From Alphaproteobacteria bacterium (GTDB taxonomy: Bacteria > Pseudomonadota > Alphaproteobacteria > Bin95), in assembly GCA_965205265.1 (NCBI GenBank), contig CBDBGH010000003.1:2784001-2848000 (forward strand): a DNA stretch of 64,000 bases, written 5' to 3'. The notes under the pieces are model-generated. The model made no database searches. It was not told the origin of the DNA and saw nothing but the letters and a program-made list of their open reading frames with translations. Below, piece by piece: positions 22,412-32,649 of the stretch. Position 1 is the first letter of the stretch, and each line of letters starts with the position of its first letter. The position numbers were made by a program, and so were the translations under genes.

Positions 22412-23656
22412 CTACTGCCGGCTCGCATCCGCTTTCAGAAGCTCCACGACAGCGTCGCGGTAGCCCTGGAACCAGTCGGTCACCGGCACGAACTTGCCGC
22501 CCTGGACCTGGAAGACGCGGACCCAGCCGCCGCCCTCATGGTCGAAGCCGGTGATCTCCAGCGGCGGAACCAGGCCGCCAAGGGTGAAGCCCTTGATCTG
22601 CTCGAAGCCGTTCTTCACGTCCTCGCCGGTGATGTCGCCCGAACCCTTGGCCTTGATCGCGTTCTCGATGGCCTTGAGATGGATGGCGGCGACGAAGACG
22701 CCGCGGTTGTAATAGACCGTCGAAGCCATCGCGTCCGGCGCGTCCTTGCCGTCGGCCTCGTACATGGCGCGGATGTCGTCGAGCACCGGGTAGTCGCTGC
22801 CGACGCCCGCGAACTGGAGCGCCGAATAGCCCTCGACACGGTCGAAACCGCCCGCCGCCGCGATATCCGCCTCGCCGCCGGCCCACACGAAGCCGAGCAC
22901 CTTCTCCAGCGGATAGCCGGCGCGCTTGAACTCCTTCATCGACACCGACGGCGCCCGCCCGAACAGGTGCGAGAGCACGAAGTCGGCACGGTAGCGGCGG
23001 GTGATGTCGAGCACCTGCGCGGACATCTCGATGCCCGGAGGCGGCACGGCGAATTCCTTCAACTCGTAGCCGAGCTCGTCGCGCAGCTTGTGCAGCACCG
23101 GCAGCGGCTCGCGGCCGGCCGGGTTGTCGTAGTAGATGTAGGCGATCTTCTTGCCCTTGAGGTCTCCGCCGACCTGCGTGCGGACATATTCGAGACCCGC
23201 CGCCGCCTGGCTCCAGTAGGAGGCCGCGATCGGGAAGATGTAGGGGAAGTTCTCGCCATTGGCCGCGGCGGCGGTGCCGAAGCCCGGGGAGGTGCCGGGG
23301 ATCTTGTCTTCGGTCAGCTTCTGCGTCAGCGCCTGGGTGTGCGGCGTGCCGTAGAGGGAGATCAGGACCGCGCCTTCCTTCTTGTGCAGCGCATAGGCCT
23401 CGACGCCCGCCGGGACCTTGTATTCGTGGTCGATCTCCATGGCCCGTATCGTGTGGCCCTCGATCCCGCCCCTGGAGTTCACGAGGCTGACATAGTCGTG
23501 GTAGCCGGGGCACAGGAAGGTGCCCACGGTCTGTGTCGGCCCGGTGCGGTCGCACTGCAGGCCGATGACGATCTCGGCCGCATTGGCCGAAGTCGCCGCC
23601 CCCGCCGCGGCCAGTGCGAGGCCTGCGCCGAAGAGCAGTTTGTCGAGACGTCTCAT
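22412..23656 (-). CDS. ABC substrate-binding protein, LivJ/K-like
   Basis: Signal peptide; DRTGPT..G..DYVSLVNSRGGIEG, DNPAGREP. Confidence 0.9.
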   Translation of the reverse strand: MRRLDKLLFGAGLALAAAGAATSANAAEIVIGLQCDRTGPTQTVGTFLCPGYHDYVSLVNSRGGIEGHTIRAMEIDHEYKVPAGVEAYALHKKEGAVLISLYGTPHTQALTQKLTEDKIPGTSPGFGTAAAANGENFPYIFPIAASYWSQAAAGLEYVRTQVGGDLKGKKIAYIYYDNPAGREPLPVLHKLRDELGYELKEFAVPPPGIEMSAQVLDITRRYRADFVLSHLFGRAPSVSMKEFKRAGYPLEKVLGFVWAGGEADIAAAGGFDRVEGYSALQFAGVGSDYPVLDDIRAMYEADGKDAPDAMASTVYYNRGVFVAAIHLKAIENAIKAKGSGDITGEDVKNGFEQIKGFTLGGLVPPLEITGFDHEGGGWVRVFQVQGGKFVPVTDWFQGYRDAVVELLKADASRQ

Positions 23657-23684
23657 TCCACGTCCTCCCTTCGCGTTTCGAGGG

Positions 23685-24752
23685 CTAGTAGGAGAAAGGC
23701 CATACCCGGAAGTAGTTCCGGATATTGAGCCACAGGCGGTTGAGGCCCTCGGGCTCCACCACCAGGAAGAACATGATCAGCGCGCCGAACAGGATGAGGC
23801 GGAACTGCGCCGTCACCTGGGCGAGGATGACCGGGTCGAAGAAATATGCGCCGATATTGTCCATGAAGAGGCGGATCACGATCGGCAGCAGCTGGATGAA
23901 TACGGCGCCGTAGATCGAGCCCATCACCGATCCCAGGCCGCCGATAATGACCATCGCCAGATAGTCGATGGAAACGACGAGCAGGAACTGCTCGTAGTTG
24001 GCGATGCTGAAATAGTAGGTGTAGAGCACGCCCGCCACCCCGGCGTAGAAGGACGAGATGGCGAAGGCGTAGAGCTTGTAGCGGAAGACGTTGATGCCGA
24101 TGATCTCGGCTGCGATGTCATGGTCGCGGATGGCGATGAAGGCGCGCCCGACGCGCGAGCGCACGAGGTTCATCGTCGCGACGATGGCGATCGCCGCAAA
24201 CGCCATCAGGAAGTAGTAGAGCTCGATCTCGGTATCCAGCTTTTCGCCGAAGAAGGTCGGGCGCGGCACTTCGATGGACGCCTGCACGCCGCCCGAGATC
24301 GCCGGCGTGTGGTTGATGACCCACTCGATGATGAACTGGGCTGCAAGCGTCGCGATGGCGAGATAGAGGCCCTTGATGCGCAGCGACGGGATGCCGACCA
24401 GCGCGCCTACCGCCGCCGCCATGATGCCGCCCGACGGCACCGCCAGCCAGAACGGCCAGTCCAGCTTGGTAATCAGGTTCGCCGCCGTATAGGCGCCCAC
24501 CGACATGAACGCCGCATGGCCGATGGAGATCTGGCCCGTGTAGCCCAGCAGGATGTTCAGCCCGAGCGCGCCGACGATGGCGATGGCGATCAGGCAGAGG
24601 ATCGAGAGGTAATAGGGGTCGAGGAACAGCGGCACCACGACCAGGAAGAGGATGCCGATCAGCGCGACCGACCACCGCCCCACGGGCAGCGGATAGAAGG
24701 CCATGTCCCCCTTGTAGGTCGTCTTGTAATAGCCGCTCTCGCGATGGAACAT
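23685..24752 (-). CDS. ABC permease, LivM-like
   Basis: GLNILLGYTGQISIGHAAF, LRIKGLYLAIATLA, GRAFIAIRD. Confidence 0.92.
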   Translation of the reverse strand: MFHRESGYYKTTYKGDMAFYPLPVGRWSVALIGILFLVVVPLFLDPYYLSILCLIAIAIVGALGLNILLGYTGQISIGHAAFMSVGAYTAANLITKLDWPFWLAVPSGGIMAAAVGALVGIPSLRIKGLYLAIATLAAQFIIEWVINHTPAISGGVQASIEVPRPTFFGEKLDTEIELYYFLMAFAAIAIVATMNLVRSRVGRAFIAIRDHDIAAEIIGINVFRYKLYAFAISSFYAGVAGVLYTYYFSIANYEQFLLVVSIDYLAMVIIGGLGSVMGSIYGAVFIQLLPIVIRLFMDNIGAYFFDPVILAQVTAQFRLILFGALIMFFLVVEPEGLNRLWLNIRNYFRVWPFSY

Positions 24753-24758
24753 GGGAGA

Positions 24759-25664
24759 TCAGATCCTCTCGATGATCGGCTTGCCGAAGAGCCCGTAGGG
24801 CTTGAACATCAGCATCAGGATCATGAGCACATAGGGCGTGAAGTCCTTGGTGCCGCCGCCCACCATCGGGTCGAGATAGCCGGCGGCGAGATTCTCCACG
24901 ACGCCGACGATGATGCCGCCGACGATGACGCCGACGATCGAGTCGAGCCCGCCCAGGATGACCACCGGGAACACCTTGAGGCCGATGATCGCAAGCTGCG
25001 TGTCCACGCCGAGCAGGCTGCCCCAGATGACGCCGCCGAGCGCCGCCACCACGCCGGCCATCACCCAGGCGAGCGCGAAATAGCGCTGCACGTTGATGCC
25101 CATGGCCATCGAGACCTGGTGGCTGTCGGCCACGGCGCGCATGGCGACGCCCTTGCGGCTCTTGAGGAAGAACCAGCCAAAGCCCAGCAGGAAGATCACC
25201 GCGGCGGCGGCGCCCAGAAGGTGGATGGGATTCAGGTAGATGAAGTGGTCGCCGATGATGATCGGCGCATCGTCGATGGGCAGGTTGAGCGGACGGGTTT
25301 CCGCCCCGAAGAAGAAGGGTCCCGCGCCGCGCAGGAGCGCCGCAAGCCCGATGGTCGCCATGATGATCGCCACGATCGGCCGCCCGATCATCGGGCGCAG
25401 CACGGTCCGCTCCAGCCCGACATTGAAGAGCACCATGAAGCCGACCGAGAGCGAAATCGCCAGCCACAGCGGCAGCCCGTAGGAAGCCGAGCATGCGCCG
25501 ACGATGATGCCTGCGATCATGACGAACTCGCCCTGGGCGAAGTTGATCGCGTCCGTGGCCTTGTAGATCAGCACGAAGCCGAGCGCGATCAGCGAATACA
25601 TCAGGCCGATCAGGACGCCGGAGACCAGCAGCTCCAGAAAAAAGCCCCAGTGGAAATCTGCCAT
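24759..25664 (-). CDS. ABC permease, LivH-like
   Basis: YSLIALGFVLIYK..INFAQGE, GVAMRAVA, VVILGGLDS. Confidence 0.92.
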   Translation of the reverse strand: MADFHWGFFLELLVSGVLIGLMYSLIALGFVLIYKATDAINFAQGEFVMIAGIIVGACSASYGLPLWLAISLSVGFMVLFNVGLERTVLRPMIGRPIVAIIMATIGLAALLRGAGPFFFGAETRPLNLPIDDAPIIIGDHFIYLNPIHLLGAAAAVIFLLGFGWFFLKSRKGVAMRAVADSHQVSMAMGINVQRYFALAWVMAGVVAALGGVIWGSLLGVDTQLAIIGLKVFPVVILGGLDSIVGVIVGGIIVGVVENLAAGYLDPMVGGGTKDFTPYVLMILMLMFKPYGLFGKPIIERI

Positions 25665-25680
25665 GGGAGATGCGCTCCTC

Positions 25681-27567
25681 TCAGGCCGCGTCTTGGATCT
25701 GCATGCGGTTGTCGATGAATGCCTCCCGCCCGTCCTCGAAGGTGACGGCGGTGCGCAGCTCGACGGAAGTCCCGCCGGAATAGAACGCCTCGATCACGTC
25801 GGCGTATTTGTCGGCGATGAACGACCGGCGCAGCTTGCGCGTTCGCGTGATCTCCGCATCGTCCGCATCGAGGTCCTTGCCGAGCAGCAGGAAGCGCTTC
25901 ACACGGCTCGCTTCGGGAAGGCCGCGATTGATGCGCTCGATCTCGCTGCGGACGAGCTCGTAGGTCTCCGGCTTCTGGCTGAGGTCCATGTAGTTGGTGT
26001 AGGCGAGCGCCTGGCGCTCCGCCCAGTTGCCGACCGTGTTGAGGTCGATCGCCACCATCGCGCAGATGAAGGGGCGCTTGTCGCCGAACGACACCACCTC
26101 GCTGATATAGGGCGAGAATTTCAGCTTGTTCTCGATGAATTGCGGCGCATAGGCGGAGCCGTCCGAAAGCTGGCCGACATCCTTGGCCCGGTCGATCACG
26201 ACGATATGGCCGCGCTCGTCCATGAGCCCGGCGTCTCCGGTGCGGAACCAGCCCTCCTCGTCGAACGCTTCCTCCGTCGCCTCCTCGGCCTTGTAGTAGC
26301 CGTTGAACACGCCGGGGCTCTTGACGAGGATCTCGCCGGTGTCGGCGATGCGCACCGTCACCCCGTCGCAGACGGGCCCGACCGTGTCCGGATTGGCCTG
26401 CCCGTCCGGCTGCACCGAGATCACGCCGGTGACCTCCGTCGAGCCGTAAACCTGCTTCAGGTTGACGCCGAAGGACCGGAAGAAGCGGAAGGTGTCGGGC
26501 CCGAGCGGCGCGCCGCCGGTCAGCGCCCAGCGCGTGCGGCGGAAGCCCAGCTGGTCGCGCACCGGCCCGTAAACCAGGAATTCGCCGAGCCGGTAGCGCA
26601 TGTTGAGTCCTGGCGGGATCGGCTCCCCCTCCACCCGGCAGGTCTCCACCTGTTCGGCGACCTTGCGGAAATAGCCGAAGACCCGCCGCTTGAGCGCGGA
26701 GGAGTCGTTGGCGCGCACCAGGATGTCGGAGAGCATGGTCTCCCACATGCGCGGCGGCGCGATGATGCCCATGGGGCTGAGTTCGCGGAGGTCGCGGCGC
26801 AGGGTCTCCGGGCTCTCGGGACAGTTGATCGCCGAGCCGACCATCAGCGCAGCGCAGAGCCCGTAGAGCGAATCGCCGACCCAGGCCATCGGCAGATAGG
26901 CAAGGTAGTCGTCGCCCTCGCGCACGTCCTCGGCCTTGCAGTAGATCTCCGCCGTCCGGACGAGGTTCTCATGGCTCAGCATGACGCCCTTGGGGCGTCC
27001 GGTCGTGCCCGACGTGTAGCAGATGAGGCCGATATCCTCGGGCTTCACCTCCCTGCAGAGCGCCTCGAAATCGCCCTTCGCGCCCCGTCCTTCCTCCAGA
27101 AGGTCGGAAAACGAGGCCAGGATGTCCTCGTCGTAATCCGTCATGCCGCGCGGGTCGGAATAGACGAGCAGTTCGAGCGCCGGCAGCTCGTCGCGGATGG
27201 AGAGGATCTTGTCCGCCTGTTCCTGGTCCTCGGCGACGACGACCTTCGCCTCGGCATGGTTGAGCACGAAGGAGAGTTCGCGCGCGATCGAGTCCTGATA
27301 GACCGGCACGGCCGAGCCGCCGAGGCACATCGCCGCCAGCTGCGCCCAGTAGAGATGCGGGCGGTTGTCGCCGATCACGGCGAGCTTGTCGCCCTTGCCG
27401 AAACCGCGCGCGCTCAGGCCGAGCGCGCAGGCGCGCACATTGTCGGCATAGTCCCGCCAGTTCCATGTCTCCCAGATGCCGTAGAGCTTCTCGCGGATCG
27501 CCGGCCTGTCGGGCCGCGTCACGGTATTGGCGAGCAGCAGCGCGGGAACCGTCCTTGCCTCGGCCAT
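25681..27567 (-). CDS. Long-chain fatty acid--CoA ligase (AMP-binding)
   Basis: YTSGTTGRPKGVMLSH, YGSTE, WFRTGDAG, DRAKD. Confidence 0.92.
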   Translation of the reverse strand: MAEARTVPALLLANTVTRPDRPAIREKLYGIWETWNWRDYADNVRACALGLSARGFGKGDKLAVIGDNRPHLYWAQLAAMCLGGSAVPVYQDSIARELSFVLNHAEAKVVVAEDQEQADKILSIRDELPALELLVYSDPRGMTDYDEDILASFSDLLEEGRGAKGDFEALCREVKPEDIGLICYTSGTTGRPKGVMLSHENLVRTAEIYCKAEDVREGDDYLAYLPMAWVGDSLYGLCAALMVGSAINCPESPETLRRDLRELSPMGIIAPPRMWETMLSDILVRANDSSALKRRVFGYFRKVAEQVETCRVEGEPIPPGLNMRYRLGEFLVYGPVRDQLGFRRTRWALTGGAPLGPDTFRFFRSFGVNLKQVYGSTEVTGVISVQPDGQANPDTVGPVCDGVTVRIADTGEILVKSPGVFNGYYKAEEATEEAFDEEGWFRTGDAGLMDERGHIVVIDRAKDVGQLSDGSAYAPQFIENKLKFSPYISEVVSFGDKRPFICAMVAIDLNTVGNWAERQALAYTNYMDLSQKPETYELVRSEIERINRGLPEASRVKRFLLLGKDLDADDAEITRTRKLRRSFIADKYADVIEAFYSGGTSVELRTAVTFEDGREAFIDNRMQIQDAA

Positions 27568-27580
27568 CGCCTCGTCCTCC

Positions 27581-28378
27581 CTAATGCGCCGTGCCGAGAT
27601 AGGCCTGGATCACCTTGGGATCGGCGCGCACGTCGTCCGGCGTGCCCTCGGCGATCTTCTCGCCCATGTCCAGCACCGCCACGCGGTCGGAAATGTCCAT
27701 CACCACGCCCATGTCGTGCTCGATCAGCACGATGGTGGTGCCCCATTCGGCGGAGACGTCGAGGACATAGCGGACCATGTCCTCTTTCTCCTCCTGGTTC
27801 ATGCCCGCCATCGGCTCGTCAAGCAGCAGCAGGGTCGGGTCCGAGGCAAGCGCGCGGCCGAGCTCGACGCGCTTCTGCAGGCCGTAGGCGAGCGCGCCGG
27901 CCGGCGTCTTGCGCAGGTCGGAGAGCTTCAGGAAGTCGATGATCTCCTCGCAGCGCCGGCGATGGCGGATTTCCTCCCTCTGCGCCGGCCCCCAGTAGAG
28001 CAGGGAGGAGAACACGCCGGACTTGAGCCGCACATGGCGGCCGAGCATCAGGTTGTCGAGGACCGTCAGGCCGCGAAAGAGGGCGATGTTCTGGAAGGTC
28101 CGCGCAATGCCGAGCTCGGCGATCTCGTTCGGCTTCAGCCGGCCGATGTCCCTCTCCCGGAACAGGATCGCGCCCTCGTCCGGCTTGTAGAAACCGGACA
28201 CCATGTTGAGCAATGTGGTCTTGCCGGCGCCGTTGGGGCCGATAATGGCGAAGATCTCGCCCTTCCTGACGGCGGTGGAGACGCCTGCAACGGCGCGCAC
28301 GCCGCCGAAGTTCTTGCTCACCCCTTCGACCGACAGGGCCGGGCCGTCGTTCGGCCCTCCATTCATGCCGTCTGGCAT
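27581..28378 (-). CDS. ABC ATPase, LivG-like
   Basis: GPNGAGKTT, ARTFQN, LAYGLQKRVELGRAL, LLDEPMAGMN, VIQAYLG; start placed at MPDGM. Confidence 0.92.
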   Translation of the reverse strand: MPDGMNGGPNDGPALSVEGVSKNFGGVRAVAGVSTAVRKGEIFAIIGPNGAGKTTLLNMVSGFYKPDEGAILFRERDIGRLKPNEIAELGIARTFQNIALFRGLTVLDNLMLGRHVRLKSGVFSSLLYWGPAQREEIRHRRRCEEIIDFLKLSDLRKTPAGALAYGLQKRVELGRALASDPTLLLLDEPMAGMNQEEKEDMVRYVLDVSAEWGTTIVLIEHDMGVVMDISDRVAVLDMGEKIAEGTPDDVRADPKVIQAYLGTAH

Positions 28379-28481
28379 CCTCCCCCCTTGCCGACTCGTA
28401 TCTGTCGCACTGACGCTAGACAGTTCCAGCGCAAACCGGAAGACAAAAATTCCCGGCCCGCTTCGGGAGAACGGCGGCCGT

Positions 28482-29222
28482 TCAGCCCAGACGGCGCCGG
28501 TAAAGGGCGAACAGGCGTTCCCAGTGCCGTTCCGCCGCCGGCAGGTCGTAGCACCAGCGTTCCGGGAAGGCGAAGCCGTGATGCACGCCCGGATAGATCT
28601 CCAGCTCGCCCGGATTGCCCGAAGCGTCGAACAGCCCCCTGAGCTCCGCCACCATGTCGGGCGGCGCCAGGTCGTCATGCTCTGCGCAGGCGATGTAGAG
28701 TTCGCCCTTCGCGCGGCCCAGAGACAGATGCGGGCTTTCCTCGGCGTCCGACACCAGCCAGGTGCCGTAGAAGGACGCAGCGGCCGCGACCCGGTCCGGA
28801 TAGCGGGCCGCCGCCGCAAGCGCATAGGGCCCGCTCATGCAATAGCCGTGCGCGCCCGCGGGGCCGGGCGCGGCGTCCGCCTGCCCGTCGAGCCAGGCCA
28901 GCATGTCGCCCACATCCTCCATCGCCGGCGGGATGGTCATGCCCGTGCGGACCGCCCGCATGGCGGTGTGGTCGGCGCTGCCGGCCGTCAGCACGTCCGG
29001 TCCGTATTTCGTGTCCCGCCCGGCGCGGTAATAGAGGTTCGGCAGCAGCACGAAATAACCGACCGAGGCCAGCCGCCGGGCCATTCGATACAGCTCCTCG
29101 CGGATGCCCGGCGCATCCATCAGGAACAGCACGGGAGGGAACGGCCCGCCCCGCTCCGGGCGGCAAATGAAGGTTTCCATCGCGCCCGCGCGCGTCTCGA
29201 TGTCTGCGATCGCCTCGATCAT
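28482..29222 (-). CDS. Dienelactone hydrolase family protein
   Basis: MDAPGIREEL, GYCMSG nucleophile, YPGVHHGFAF. Confidence 0.9.
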   Translation of the reverse strand: MIEAIADIETRAGAMETFICRPERGGPFPPVLFLMDAPGIREELYRMARRLASVGYFVLLPNLYYRAGRDTKYGPDVLTAGSADHTAMRAVRTGMTIPPAMEDVGDMLAWLDGQADAAPGPAGAHGYCMSGPYALAAAARYPDRVAAAASFYGTWLVSDAEESPHLSLGRAKGELYIACAEHDDLAPPDMVAELRGLFDASGNPGELEIYPGVHHGFAFPERWCYDLPAAERHWERLFALYRRRLG

Positions 29223-29314
29223 GGCGGTCCCTCTCCGTCCGATCCCGGTGCACTATACAGCGGCGGGGAAATGGGCCACCATTTTCACCGGAACCGGACC
29301 GGAGGAGCAAACGC

Positions 29315-29872
29315 ATGCACGCCTCGGATATCGTCTTCGCCCTCAAGGAAGCCGCAGAAGGCCCGCATGCGCTCCAGAATGTCCGCCGCGTGCTGAACGG
29401 ATGGCGGGAACGCATCGACGAGATTGCGGCGGCGCTCGACTTCATTCCCGGCACCGACGGCAACGCTAACCAGGCCTTCTACCGCACGCCGGAGCTCAGC
29501 GTTCTCAAGGTGCTGTTTCCGTCCGGACGGCGGACGCCGCCGCACGACCACGGCTCCTGGGCGGCGATCCTGGTGCTTTCGGGCTCGGAAAAGAACACGA
29601 TCTACCGGCGCGGCGGCAGCGGCCTCGAATACGCCAATGAGGCCGTGCTGACGCCGGGCGCCATCCTGACCATGCCGGCCGACGCCGCGCATGTGGCCGA
29701 GTGCCTGGGCGAGGAACCGGCAATCGGCCTGCATGTCTATGGCGGCGACGTGCTGGGCGTCGAGCGCAGCATGTGGGACCCCGACACGCTCGAAGAGCAT
29801 CCGCTTACGTGGGACCATTACGAAGTTCTGGCGCAGAAGGCGTCCGGAGCCGAAAAGCCGCCGCTGAGCTGA
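29315..29872 (+). CDS. Cysteine/thiol dioxygenase-like cupin
   Basis: TPPHDHGSWA..G.EKN..Y...AHVAE..IGLHVYG (3-His cupin pattern of the CDO/MDO family). Confidence 0.78.
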   Translation: MHASDIVFALKEAAEGPHALQNVRRVLNGWRERIDEIAAALDFIPGTDGNANQAFYRTPELSVLKVLFPSGRRTPPHDHGSWAAILVLSGSEKNTIYRRGGSGLEYANEAVLTPGAILTMPADAAHVAECLGEEPAIGLHVYGGDVLGVERSMWDPDTLEEHPLTWDHYEVLAQKASGAEKPPLS

Positions 29873-29926
29873 CACGCGCTTCCTGCGTCTGTTCCGAATT
29901 TCCCTTTCCTGTGCAGAAGGAGAGCC

Positions 29927-30373
29927 ATGCCCATGGCTGAAACCGGCAAACCCGCCCCGGCGTTCCGGGTCGTCAACCAGGACGGCGCGCCCGTCGGCCT
30001 CGAGGACTTCGCCGGGCGGAATGTGCTGATCTGGTGGTATCCGAAGGCCGACACGCGCGGTTGAACCGTCGAAGGCAACGGGTTCCGTGACCGAATCCAG
30101 GACTTCGAGGCAAAGAACACCGCAATCGTCGGGTGCAGTTTCGACACGCCCGAGGACAACAGGGCCTTCCGGGACAAATTCTCCTTCCCGTTCGACCTGC
30201 TGAGCGACGCCGACCGGGCGATGTCGATGGCTTACGGCGCGGCGGCGGACACGGGAGCCGAGCGGCCGAAGCGCATCTCCGTGCTGATCGGCCCGGACGG
30301 CACGGTCGTGAAGCGCTACGACGCGGTAACGCCCGCCGACCACCCGGACGAGGTGCTCGCCGACCTCGGCTGA
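29927..30373 (+). CDS. bcp: Peroxiredoxin BCP/PrxQ, selenocysteine-containing (U46)
   Basis: AAGGAG RBS; hand translation ..WWYPKADTRG-TGA(30062-64)-TVEGNGFRD..VGCSFD..FPFDLLSD..RISVLIGPDG..HPDEVL; TGA falls exactly on the peroxidatic Cys. Confidence 0.88.
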
Positions 30374-30388
30374 CCGGCCCCGCGCGCG

Positions 30389-31549
30389 TCAATCTAGGAT
30401 GAAATGCGGGACGAAACAGGCGTCGTCGGTGGTGACGGCGCCTTCGTCCTCGCGGATGCACATGCCGGCCGGCTCGCTTGCCACCAGCCAGACGCCGCAC
30501 ATCGGCCGCCGCCCGTCGAAGGACGGCAGCGGCGCCACCGCCTGGCGCACGAACCCCTCGGCGCCATAGGGTCCGTCGAGGCCTGCCGCGGCCCGCCCGT
30601 TCTCGACGATGGTGATGTTCGCGCCTTCCCGGGAGAGCAGCGGCTTGCGGACATAGCGCCCGCCGAGGGACGCCGCTTTCGGGTCGTGCTCGAAAAAGGC
30701 CGGCAGCAAGTTCGGGTGGCCCTCGAACATTTCCCACAGCAGCGCCAGCAGGCCCTTGTTCGACAGCACCGCCTTCCAGCCGGGCTCGATGAACTGCGCG
30801 CCCGAGCCGGGAATGCGGCTGCCGAACTCCTCCTCCATCAGCCATTCCCAGGGATAGAGCTTGAAAAGCCAGCGGACCGGTTCGTCGTCGAGATCGGTGA
30901 AGCGGCCATTGTCGGCGAGGCCGATATCCTCGACGAACAGGCGCCGGGTCGCGAGGCCGGCCTGCCGCGCGCAGTCCTCCAGATATTCGACGGTGCCGAG
31001 GTCCTCGTCCGTGTCGCGCGCGCAGGCGAGATGCAGCGGGCCTTCGATGCCGAAACGCCCGAAAGCGTCGGTCAGCCGTTCGTGCAGCGAGTTGAACTGG
31101 TCCGCCCCTTCCGGGATCAGGCCCTGTTCCATCGCCTGTTCCAGCCAGACCCACTGGAAGACGGCGCTTTCGTAGAGGGCGGTGGGCGTGTCGGCATTGT
31201 ATTCGTAAAGCTTCGCCGGGCCGTTCCCGTCATAGCGGAAGTCCATGCGCCCGTAGAGGTTCCGCTCCCGGTTCCGCCAGCTGTCGGCCACATAGCCCCG
31301 GAACATCTCCGGGATCGCGAGCCGCCTCAGCACCTCCTCGTCGGCCACGGCCCGCTCGACGACCTCGAAGCACATCTGCTCCAGTTCTTCCGCCGGGTCT
31401 TCCAGATCGTCCTCGATTTCCCGGAGCGTGAAGCGGTAGGCGTGCGTCTCGTCCCAGTAGCGCTCGCCATCGGGGGTGTGGAAGGTGAAGCCGTGCTCCT
31501 CCGCGACCTCGCGCCAGTTGTCGCGCGGCCGGACCCGCAGCCGCTCCAT
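30389..31549 (-). CDS. Glutathionylspermidine synthase family ATP-grasp protein (YgiC-like)
   Basis: YWDE..Y.F, LYGRMDF.YDG..KLYEYNADTPT.LYE, FKLYPWEW, KPLLSREGANI; TGATG overlap with the upstream gene. Confidence 0.92.
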   Translation of the reverse strand: MERLRVRPRDNWREVAEEHGFTFHTPDGERYWDETHAYRFTLREIEDDLEDPAEELEQMCFEVVERAVADEEVLRRLAIPEMFRGYVADSWRNRERNLYGRMDFRYDGNGPAKLYEYNADTPTALYESAVFQWVWLEQAMEQGLIPEGADQFNSLHERLTDAFGRFGIEGPLHLACARDTDEDLGTVEYLEDCARQAGLATRRLFVEDIGLADNGRFTDLDDEPVRWLFKLYPWEWLMEEEFGSRIPGSGAQFIEPGWKAVLSNKGLLALLWEMFEGHPNLLPAFFEHDPKAASLGGRYVRKPLLSREGANITIVENGRAAAGLDGPYGAEGFVRQAVAPLPSFDGRRPMCGVWLVASEPAGMCIREDEGAVTTDDACFVPHFILD

Positions 31550-32085
31550 CAGGCGCCGGCGCGGAACCCGGTGGCGCGCGCCCGCGCGCCGAAGCCGCCC
31601 CGCTGTTGCGTGTAGAGCTTCTGGGCGGGACGCCCGGCGGCGCGCTCGGCCACCTGCGTGCGCCCGATCGCCCCGCCGACGGAGCGGTTGTTCGCGGTGC
31701 GGAAGTTCTTGCTGTCGTCTCCCGAGCGGTAGAGCGGCTGCGTATGCGCCCGGCCGCCCATCATCTGGCCCATCATGAAGCCCGCCATGAGCGGCATGAA
31801 CACGCTGCCGCCGGCATTGGTCGTGTATGGCGAGACCTCGCAGCCCTCGGCGCCGAAATCGGCCTCGCAATCGGCGCGCGAGGCGTATTTGGGCGCGACC
31901 TCCGCATGCTGCGCCTTCGCCGCGTTGAACTCGCCGTAGCACTGCTCCGCCGTGATGCCCTGCTCGGCGACGCACTGCTCCACCGTCTCGAAGATCGCGG
32001 TGTCCGTCTTCGGCTCCTCGCAGGCAGTCAGGGTCAAAGCCGACGTGCCCATCATCACCAGGGCGATTCTGCCCGAACGTTTCAT
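31549..32085 (-). CDS. DUF1190 (YgiB-like) lipoprotein
   Basis: LTAC lipobox; APKYASRADCEADFG, FMPLMAGFMMG, RGGFG; conserved partner of ygiC. Confidence 0.88.
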   Translation of the reverse strand: MKRSGRIALVMMGTSALTLTACEEPKTDTAIFETVEQCVAEQGITAEQCYGEFNAAKAQHAEVAPKYASRADCEADFGAEGCEVSPYTTNAGGSVFMPLMAGFMMGQMMGGRAHTQPLYRSGDDSKNFRTANNRSVGGAIGRTQVAERAAGRPAQKLYTQQRGGFGARARATGFRAGA

Positions 32086-32196
32086 GGCAAGGCCCTCCTT
32101 TCGCGAGGGGGATTACAAAGACAGGTTGACGGGGGAGACCAATGACACTTCTCCCGTCATACCTCAATGCTCCCTCCGTCATACCCGGACTTGTTC

Positions 32197-32558
32197 CACT
32201 GCTGTCCGGCTTAGATTTGGTGGACAGAGCGCATGGCTTGGATTCAAGCGGGTTTCGAGGGGTTCGGCGAGATCGGGACTCGGATCGACGCCCGGCGGCC
32301 CGGCCCTGTTCCCGTCATGCCCGCCCCCCATATCGTCATGCCCGGACTTGTTCCGGGCATCCATACGGCCGCCCGGTGGAGCCGCTTGAGAGAGATACCC
32401 GGAACAAGTCCGGGTATGACGAAAGAGTCTGCCCTGAGCCTGTCGAAGGGGGCATTCGGGCCTCACGGGCAAGGGGCGGATCGCAGACGCCGCGCGCCCC
32501 CGAAACCCCAGGCGGACTCCCGTTCAGCCTCGCCCAATGGCTAAACCGGACAGCAATG
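32197..32558. mobile_element. MITE copy 2 (362 bp), inverted relative to copy 1
   Basis: cactgctgtccggcttag / ctaaaccggacagcaatg ends; internal sequence is the near reverse complement of 21020-21382; flanked by REP arms at 32178-32196 and 32559-32577. Confidence 0.8.
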
Positions 32559-32649
32559 GAACACGTCCGGGTATGACGCCGGAGAGAAGGTGCGAAGCCT
32601 CGCAAACCTGTCGTCAACCTGTCCATCCAAACCCTTTCGCGAAAGAGGT

